The notes under the pieces were generated by a model that was not told the DNA's origin, did no database searches, and was given only the letters and a program-made list of their open reading frames with translations. A program made the position numbers and the translations under genes. Shown here one piece after another: positions 27,563 to 33,895 of a DNA stretch of 33,895 nt. Within the stretch, counting starts at the first letter, position 1. Each line of letters starts with the position of its first letter. The DNA lies in the NCBI GenBank assembly GCA_009886115.1, contig VFJJ01000204.1, forward strand, positions 1 to 33,895, written 5' to 3'. The DNA is from Actinomycetota bacterium (GTDB lineage: Bacteria; Actinomycetota; Acidimicrobiia; IMCC26256; VFJJ01).

Positions 27563-28618
27563 TCAGAACCCTCGAGTGACGGCTTGGGTGTTGCCCCAGC
27601 TGTGGATGGCGGCCGAGTGGAGGTTCCCGAGACCGCCGCACACCATCACCAGCACCGAGGCCGGGCGTTGGGCCAGGTGCACACGACCGTCGGTCGCGAC
27701 CCGGCCGGCGTCGGTGAGCGCCCGCTGATGGGCCGGCGGCCACCACTCGAGCGGGAGGCTGGCGTGTCGGTGGAGCAGCTCCTGCACATCGTCGATCGCG
27801 GGGACGTCGCGCCCGATGATCTCGGCCCACATCGGGTTGATGCAGACCAGGAACTCACTGTCGGGGCAGGCGACGAGGTAGCCGTTGGTGCCCATGGAAG
27901 CGACGGACTTCCCGATGATCTCCAGCAACTCGGTTCCGGTGGTGGCCACGGTGTCGCAGATGTTGGCCGTCCCCATGGCGCCGAACACGGTGACGGCGTC
28001 GCCGCGCACACCGCGTCGAACGGCGAGCGGTGCCCAGGGCGACCGGTCCTCCCATTCGCCGACCACGACGCCCGTCACCCGGCCGGGCTGGCCGAACACC
28101 GACTGCGATGTCGTCCCCACCACGTGCCCGGCGACGTTGCGCATCACGAGTCGCAGCGCTCGCCCGATCGCCGGCGCGGGGCCGGCCACGCCACCGAAGC
28201 AGCCGGCCCGGTACGGGACCCCCAGCCGGTCGCGGACCGGCCCGTTGACGAACACCGCTGGTACGACCGATCCCGTGGTGGCGTTGAGCCCGGCCAGGTC
28301 AAAGGTCGGCTCGACCATGGCTTCGAGCGCCGCGCACAGCAACGGCATGGCGTCGGAAGGCGCGCCGGCCATCACCGCATTGACGGCGAGGGCCTCGACG
28401 GTGCACACCCCGTTCGCCGGTGGGAGCACGGCCACGACGTCGTCGGACCGGCGTGTGGAGCCGGCCAGCATCGCCAGCACCCGCTCCTGCGTCGGGGGCA
28501 CCAGCGGCAGCCCGTCGCCCCAGCCCTGCTCGGCCGCGAACTCGGTGAACCCGACGACGTCGAGATCGACCTCGACCCGCTCGGCGCGGAGCACCGCGTC
28601 GGCCGCGGAGTCGGTCAC
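27563..28618 (-). CDS. Conserved hypothetical 'DGLP' protein, partner of UGSC protein 2
   Basis: GWGDGLPLVPPT, TVEALAVNAVMAG, IGRALRLVMRNVAG and FGQPGR. GTG start overlaps the upstream TGA. Confidence 0.88.
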   Translation of the reverse strand: MTDSAADAVLRAERVEVDLDVVGFTEFAAEQGWGDGLPLVPPTQERVLAMLAGSTRRSDDVVAVLPPANGVCTVEALAVNAVMAGAPSDAMPLLCAALEAMVEPTFDLAGLNATTGSVVPAVFVNGPVRDRLGVPYRAGCFGGVAGPAPAIGRALRLVMRNVAGHVVGTTSQSVFGQPGRVTGVVVGEWEDRSPWAPLAVRRGVRGDAVTVFGAMGTANICDTVATTGTELLEIIGKSVASMGTNGYLVACPDSEFLVCINPMWAEIIGRDVPAIDDVQELLHRHASLPLEWWPPAHQRALTDAGRVATDGRVHLAQRPASVLVMVCGGLGNLHSAAIHSWGNTQAVTRGF

Positions 28619-29169
28619 GGTGTCACTCCCAGGCTGCGCAAGAGCTCGGGCAGGAACCTCGCGGCGATCATGCGCACCTCGGTCTCGGGCTGGGTGTCGA
28701 GGGGATACGGCAAGATGACCAAGGGCAGCTGCGCTCGTCCGGCGCTGGCCGCCAGGGTCTCGCCCAGAGCCCGGAACTGCTCCGTGCAGACGGCGACCGC
28801 CGCCTTGTGCCCGTCGACCACGGCGAGAGCGTCGTGGATCGTCCAGGCCGTGCAGGAGCCTCAGTTGGCCAGGCCCACCACGGCCAGGTCGACGCCGGCC
28901 ACGAACTCGACGAGCTCACGCTCCATGCGCCGACCCTCGTCGCCGCTGCGCGACCCGGTCCGCCAGCGGACGATCTCGGCGCCCCGGGCCTCGAGCTCGG
29001 CCGACCAGACCTCGCCGATCCAGTCCCACGACCGCCACATGTGGTCGAGCCTGAGCCCGACCTTCAGGCCCGACAGGTCGACGCCGACGGTCGACGTTGG
29101 TGCCGCGGCGCCGGCGGGAGCGACCGATCGAGTAGCGGCTACCGGGCTGAGGATGAGACCTCTCGTCAT
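28615..29169 (-). CDS. UGSC-family candidate selenoprotein 2 (184 aa, in-frame TGA at 28861-28863 read as Sec103)
   Basis: ORFs 28861..29313 and 28615..28821 are in the same frame, joined by GCC AAC TGA GGC TCC TGC ACG (A-N-U-G-S-C-T). GAGGGAG RBS before ATG 29169. Confidence 0.85.
28819..28860 (-). promoter_or_regulatory. Weaker candidate SECIS hairpin 3' of the second UGA
   Basis: CACGGC/GCCGUG lower stem and UGGA-(CGA)-UCCA upper stem. The loop is at +20..+22, the same offset as in locus 1. Confidence 0.4.
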
Positions 29170-29336
29170 CGCGCACTCCCTCGTTGGGGACCCCGACACC
29201 TGCCGAGGCCGTACAGAGCGTATCGGCCCTGATCGGACGAACTCCCGGTGCGGGAGCGGCAGCGGGTGGTGTGGAACCATGGGGCGTCCCCCCACGAGCC
29301 CAGTCGTTCCCACGCGACCGTCGACGGAGCACTCCC

Positions 29337-30563
29337 ATGGAATTCGGCATCTTCCTCAACGGCTACATCCCGGGGCCGGGGGCCCACGACACCGAGTGGG
29401 AGCACACCAAGCTCATGCGCGAGGCGAAGTACACGATCTTCGCCGACAAGCACAACTGGAAGTATGCCTGGTTCGGTGAGCACCACGCCCTCGTCGAATA
29501 CAGCCACATGTCGGCCCCTGAAGTCGTGATGGGCTATGTCGCGGGCCACACCGATTACATCCACCTCTCGTCAGGGATCAACAGCCTTTCTCCCCGCAAG
29601 GAGCACCCGGTTCGCTACGCCGAGCGGGCCGCCATGCTCGACCACGTCACGAACCGACGGTACGAGTGGGGAACCGGGCGCGGGGCCGGGAGCCACGAGA
29701 TGGCCAGCTTCAACATCATGGACAAGGACTCGACCAAGCCCGAATGGGAAGAGGTCGTCCGCGAGATCCCGCGGATGTGGGAGCAGGTCGACTACACCCA
29801 CCACGGCAAGCACTTCACGGTTCCGACGCCCCACAACATCCTCCCCAAGCCCTACGGCCCCGGCCATCCCCCGATCTGGGTCGCGTGCGGGAACCCGCCC
29901 ACGTTCGCCCGGGCCGGCGAGCTCGGCATCGGCGCCATCGCGTTCAACTTCGAACCCATCTACAACCTGCGGGGTCGGGTCGAGGCCTACAAGGAAGCCA
30001 TTGCCAACTGCACCGAGCCGCTCGGGCAGTTCATCAACGACAACCTGATGATGACCAACGGCGTTATCTGCCTGGAAGATCGCGAGCGGGCGCGTGCACT
30101 CGCGTTCGATCGGGTGAGTGGTTACCTCGTCACGATGGTGAACCTCTACCACGACACGATGCCGAAGTCACCCGATGCGATCACCTGGCCGAGCGCCCCG
30201 ATCCGCCTGCGCGACCTCGCTGGCAACGACCCCGACGCCTTCCTCGACTCGCTCATCGAGGGCGGCTACATGATGGTCGGCAACCCGGAAGAGGTCTCGA
30301 AGCAGCTCGAGAGCTACAAGACGGTCGGCTGCGACCAGCTCGTGTTCGGCATCCCGGGCGACCTCCACGACGACGAGGTGCTCGAGATGATCGAGCTCTT
30401 CGGCGACCGGGTCATCCCCGAGCACGACCCCGACCGGGTGCACTCCACCGACCGCTACCGGGCCACCGCCAAGCCCAAGTACGACAGGTTCTCGGCTCCG
30501 CTGCCCGAAGGCGTCGAATGGCCGACCGTCCTCCCCGTCACCGCCACCGGTGCCACCCCCTGA
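29337..30563 (+). CDS. LLM-class (luciferase-like) flavin-dependent oxidoreductase
   Basis: MEFGIF, WFGEHH..EYSH..APE, HPVRYAERAAMLD, GTGRG and PKP....HPPIWVA. Confidence 0.92.
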   Translation: MEFGIFLNGYIPGPGAHDTEWEHTKLMREAKYTIFADKHNWKYAWFGEHHALVEYSHMSAPEVVMGYVAGHTDYIHLSSGINSLSPRKEHPVRYAERAAMLDHVTNRRYEWGTGRGAGSHEMASFNIMDKDSTKPEWEEVVREIPRMWEQVDYTHHGKHFTVPTPHNILPKPYGPGHPPIWVACGNPPTFARAGELGIGAIAFNFEPIYNLRGRVEAYKEAIANCTEPLGQFINDNLMMTNGVICLEDRERARALAFDRVSGYLVTMVNLYHDTMPKSPDAITWPSAPIRLRDLAGNDPDAFLDSLIEGGYMMVGNPEEVSKQLESYKTVGCDQLVFGIPGDLHDDEVLEMIELFGDRVIPEHDPDRVHSTDRYRATAKPKYDRFSAPLPEGVEWPTVLPVTATGATP

Positions 30564-30685
30564 GCTACCTCATGGTCGGCCAGGACGGCGGCATCTTCTC
30601 CTTCTCCAACAAGACCTTCGCCGGCAGCCTCGGCGCCAACCCGCCCCCCAACCCCATCACCGCTGTCGCCGTCCTCGACGGGTGA
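30563..30685 (+). pseudogene. Orphan fragment of a surface-protein repeat: SYLMVGQDGGIFSFSNKTFAGSLGANPPPNPITAVAVLDG*
   Basis: Resembles the GYWLVASDGGIFSFG..F.GS.G...LN.PIVG repeat of actinobacterial secreted proteins. Coding-like codon usage, but no parent gene upstream. Confidence 0.6.
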
Positions 30686-30714
30686 ACCGACACGACCTCG
30701 ATGTCACCTCAGCG

Positions 30715-31299
30715 TCACCCCGGATCGGAACCGGCACGGGCACCGTCGCCGGCAGCGTCGTCGAGGCCCAGCACGGCCGAGAAGCGACCCATCAGGCTCA
30801 TGGTGCACACGAGCGCGAGCTCGACGATCTGTCGATTGTCGAAGTGCGCCCGCAGGGTGGCGCTGTCGGCGGCGTCGATGGAGAGGTGGTCGGTTCCGAA
30901 CTTCAAGGCGAAGCGCACGGCGGCCGTCTCGGCATCGCTCATGCCCGCAGGGTCAGCGCCGACCCCGCCATCGCCGAGCACGGAGGGGATGGCGCACACC
31001 ATGGTCTCGTCCATGCCCTCGGCGACCGCCCCAGGGAAGCGGCCGGCCATGCACACCCGACACCTGGTGGTGTTGGCGATCGCCAAGCGCACGAGCTCGG
31101 TGACACGGGCCCCGAGGTGGTTCGAAAAGCGCGACGCGGTGTAGGCGGCGTTGTAGAGGTCGAAGATCGGCTCGGCGTGGGCCATCACGGCCACGAACCC
31201 CGCCAGCCCCGGTCGTCCGGCTGCCAGCGCCCCGTCGAACTGCGTCCGCAGCGCCGGTGAGAGGTGCTCGGGGTTCATCGGCGTGACGAGTGGCTCCAT
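30715..31299 (-). CDS. Carboxymuconolactone decarboxylase / AhpD-like protein with CxxC
   Basis: TELVRLAIANTTRCRVCMAGR, E.AAVRFA and LRAHFDNRQIVEL. Confidence 0.85.
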   Translation of the reverse strand: MEPLVTPMNPEHLSPALRTQFDGALAAGRPGLAGFVAVMAHAEPIFDLYNAAYTASRFSNHLGARVTELVRLAIANTTRCRVCMAGRFPGAVAEGMDETMVCAIPSVLGDGGVGADPAGMSDAETAAVRFALKFGTDHLSIDAADSATLRAHFDNRQIVELALVCTMSLMGRFSAVLGLDDAAGDGARAGSDPG

Positions 31300-31331
31300 G
31301 ACATCCGAGCCTACGCACCACCACCCCCCGC

Positions 31332-31378
31332 TTCTTTGCGTCTGCGACCGCGCCGGGAGTGACCCCAGCCACAAAGAA
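31332..31378. repeat. 47-bp degenerate REP-like element copy 3
   Basis: TTCTTTGCGTCTGCGACCGCGCC-G-GGAGTGACCCCAGCCACAAAGAA. Left arm nearly identical to copy 2, right arm decayed, flanked by complementary C-run and G-run. Confidence 0.75.
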
Positions 31379-31460
31379 CGGGGGGGGTACCGGTTTTCTG
31401 GCCTGACGCCGGGCGCGAGCGCGAGGCTCGTGCCGATGGCGACGACGAACAGGAGCGGCC

Positions 31461-31871
31461 ATGACCGACGAGCAGCGCCGCCGCAACCTCGACGCCGTGC
31501 ACCGGGCCTTCGCGGCGATCGCCGAGGGCGATGCCGACGCAATGATGGAGAACTACACCGACGACATCGTCTTCGAGTTCCCGTTCTCCGACCCGCCGGC
31601 GCGCATCGAGGGTCGCGACGTGATGCGCGAGTACCTCAGGGGCGCGTTCGCAGGCCTGCGCTTGCGCCTGGAGATCACCGAGATCCATGAGACCATCGAC
31701 CCCGACCGCGTGGTGATCGAGATGGTCAGCTCAGGCCGGATCCTCAGCAACGCCAACCCCTACGCCAACCGGTACATCAGTGTGTACTGGTTCCGCGACG
31801 GCGCCATCAGCCACGTGCGGGAGTTCCTCGACCCGACGCTGTACGCCAAGACCCTCGCCGGAAACGGCTGA
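31461..31871 (+). CDS. SnoaL / NTF2-like (PhzA/B-like) protein
   Basis: AGGAG RBS; YTDDIVFEFPF, HET.DPD.V and YANRYISV..FRDG.I...REF.DP. Confidence 0.88.
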   Translation: MTDEQRRRNLDAVHRAFAAIAEGDADAMMENYTDDIVFEFPFSDPPARIEGRDVMREYLRGAFAGLRLRLEITEIHETIDPDRVVIEMVSSGRILSNANPYANRYISVYWFRDGAISHVREFLDPTLYAKTLAGNG

Positions 31872-31891
31872 GCGAGCGACGACAGCCGATC

Positions 31892-32764
31892 GTGCCCATC
31901 GAAGCCTGGCAGAACCTGGGGTTCACCGATCCGGCGATGCTGGGGCCACTGGCGCGCCTGGCCGAGGAGCTGGGCTTCGCCGGTGTGAGCCTGCCCGAGC
32001 ATCTCGCGACGCCCGAGACGATCGTCACGCCCAACCCGTACGTTCCCGGCGGCGGTTCGGGGTATGCGCCCGACACCCCGTTCCCCGACCCCTGGGTCAC
32101 CTTCGGGGCGTTGGCCGCGGTCACCGAGCGCCTTCGCTTCGTTGCCAACGTGTCGATACTGGCGCTGCGGCCGCTCGTGGTGGCGGCCAAGGCCATCTCG
32201 ACGGCGGCCGTCCTCTCGCAGAACCGGGTCGTGCTCGGCGTGGGTGTCGGCTGGCTGCGCGAGGAGTTCGAGGCCCTGGGCGTCGACTTCCGCACCCGGG
32301 GCAGACGCACCGACGAGATGCTCATGTTGTTGCCCCGCTTGCTCCGCGGCGAGATCGTGAGTGCCGACGACGAGTTCCACCGGTTCGCGGCGCTGTCGAT
32401 CTCGCCCGTCCCCGACCGAGCCCTGCCCGTGCTGGTGGGCGGGGTCAGTGACGCCGCGCTGGCCCGGGCCGCCCGGGTCGACGGGTGGATCGGTGTGAAC
32501 TTCGAGCCTGAGGTGCTCCTGCCCATCCTCGACCGGCTCGCAAGCGCCCGCAACGAGGCCGGGACGGCGGCGCGCCCGTTCACGATCATGGTCTCGCGTC
32601 CGCCCACGTTCTCGAACAAGGTGGCCCGGGCCTACGAGGCAGCCGGCGTCACCGCGATCGTCAACCGTCCCACGGGTTTCAGTGTCGGAACCGATGTCGA
32701 TATCGACGCCAGCCTCGACGCCCACCGGCGCGTCATGGAGGAGTTCCAGACCCTGCTCGCGTGA
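31892..32764 (+). CDS. LLM-class oxidoreductase, probably F420-dependent
   Basis: AEELGF..V.LPEH, PDPWV...ALAAVT, R..LGVGVGWLREEFEALG..F..RG.R.DE and VGG.S.AAL.RAAR.DGW. Confidence 0.88.
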   Translation: MPIEAWQNLGFTDPAMLGPLARLAEELGFAGVSLPEHLATPETIVTPNPYVPGGGSGYAPDTPFPDPWVTFGALAAVTERLRFVANVSILALRPLVVAAKAISTAAVLSQNRVVLGVGVGWLREEFEALGVDFRTRGRRTDEMLMLLPRLLRGEIVSADDEFHRFAALSISPVPDRALPVLVGGVSDAALARAARVDGWIGVNFEPEVLLPILDRLASARNEAGTAARPFTIMVSRPPTFSNKVARAYEAAGVTAIVNRPTGFSVGTDVDIDASLDAHRRVMEEFQTLLA

Positions 32765-32791
32765 GGGCAACCCGGCGTCGCGGGCGACGGG

Positions 32792-33778
32792 TCAAGCGCC
32801 GAGCACCGCAGGACGGACGACCGAGTCGAAGAGCTCGAGGCTCTCCCAGGCCAGCTCGGGTGACAGGCCGCCCATGAGCGGATGGAAGATCAGGTTGGCG
32901 TCGTCGGGCAGGGAGCGCCACAGCTCGATGCACGCCTCCGGCGTGACGACCGCGTGCATGCCGTAGGCGCGCAGGGCGTCGGCGTCGGTCATCGGCACGA
33001 AGCCCGTCTCGGTGCCGGACTCGGCCGCCCAGCGCCCGTACTCGTTCATCTCGTGCAGCGCGTGGGGCGCGATGCGCGCCCAGGCCGCGTCGGGGTCGTT
33101 GGCCACGTGCACGAAGAGCGGACCCGACGGGTTGTCGTAACGGGGGGTCTTGCCCAGCCGGGCGCACTCGTCCTCGTACACCTGCCTGATGGCGGGCTCG
33201 GGCGTCATGGCCATGAATCCGTCGGCCAGACGAGCTGCTCGGCGGGCGGTGGCCGCGGCGCCCCCGCCCACCAACACCGGCGGACGGGGTTGCTGCACGG
33301 GGGCCGGGGTCACCCGGAACGTGGCTCCCCGATAGGTGACCGGCTCACCGGTGAGCGCCGCCGTGTACACCGGGATCTTCTCCTCGATGAGCGCCACGCG
33401 GTCGGCCATGTCGAGGCCCAGCATGGCGAACTCGGCTGGCACGTACCCGAGGCCGATCGCGACTTCGACCCGTCCGTTCGAGATCTGATCGACGATCAGC
33501 GTGTCTTCGGCAGCGCGGATGGGATCGAGCAGCGGGAGGATCAACGCCCCGACACGGATGCGGGTTCGTTCGGTACGCGCCGCGACCGCAGCAGCCAAGA
33601 CCAGCGCGGACGGGAGGTAGCCGTCGGCCGAGCCGTGGTGCTCGGAGATCGTGATGCTGTCGACGCCTCGAGCGTCGGCCCACGCGCACTGCTCCAGCGC
33701 AGCCCGATACAGCGCCGGGGCCGGCGGACCGAACGCCGGCGCCCGCATGTCGTACCGCACGATCCACCGCTTCGACAT
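32792..33778 (-). CDS. LLM-class flavin-dependent oxidoreductase
   Basis: RYDMRAP, SEHHGSADGYLPS, AAVAART, DPIRAAED..D.ISNGR, GLGY and VGG..AARRAAR. Confidence 0.9.
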   Translation of the reverse strand: MSKRWIVRYDMRAPAFGPPAPALYRAALEQCAWADARGVDSITISEHHGSADGYLPSALVLAAAVAARTERTRIRVGALILPLLDPIRAAEDTLIVDQISNGRVEVAIGLGYVPAEFAMLGLDMADRVALIEEKIPVYTAALTGEPVTYRGATFRVTPAPVQQPRPPVLVGGGAAATARRAARLADGFMAMTPEPAIRQVYEDECARLGKTPRYDNPSGPLFVHVANDPDAAWARIAPHALHEMNEYGRWAAESGTETGFVPMTDADALRAYGMHAVVTPEACIELWRSLPDDANLIFHPLMGGLSPELAWESLELFDSVVRPAVLGA

Positions 33779-33819
33779 GATCTCTCTCCCGCTCACTCTC
33801 GGTTCCGACCGGCACTGCC

Positions 33820-33895
33820 GCTCACTGCTCACTGCTCACTGCTCACTGCTCACTGCTCACTGCTCACTGCTCACTGCTCACTGCTCACTGCTCAC
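33820..33895. repeat. Perfect 7-bp tandem repeat (GCTCACT)n, about 11 copies, running to the window end
   Basis: Read directly. One further GCTCACT at 33791. Confidence 0.95.

Noticed and set aside
1..33895. selA/selB/selC/selD, tRNA, rRNA, integrase or transposase genes
   Set aside because: None recognised in the window. The Sec machinery needed for the main finding must lie elsewhere and is unverified.

Overview
High-GC actinobacterial DNA (gene content and an orphan 'DGGIFSF' repeat suggest Acidimicrobiia; this is inference), with about 35 mostly catabolic or redox genes: an acyl-CoA cluster, SDRs, an amidohydrolase, three LLM oxidoreductases, a molybdoenzyme large subunit, a MazEF-type toxin-antitoxin pair, a two-component system with ribB, and a lipoprotein/membrane protein/cupredoxin group. 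The main hidden signal is two paralogous two-gene modules (8692-10346 and 27563-29169). Each has a gene that the ORF track splits at an in-frame TGA. Read through, they give GLAK-U-GSCT and GLAN-U-GSCT, i.e. UGSC-family candidate selenoproteins, each with a hairpin just 3' of the UGA. Each overlaps by 4 bp a roughly 350-aa 'DGLP' partner of unknown function, and the gene order is swapped between the two loci. The window also has three copies of a 47-bp REP-like palindrome, a KstR-like operator, leaderless-type promoters and several tandem repeats. No tRNA, rRNA, CRISPR array, transposase or sel machinery gene was recognised. All calls come from reading motifs by eye, without database searches.
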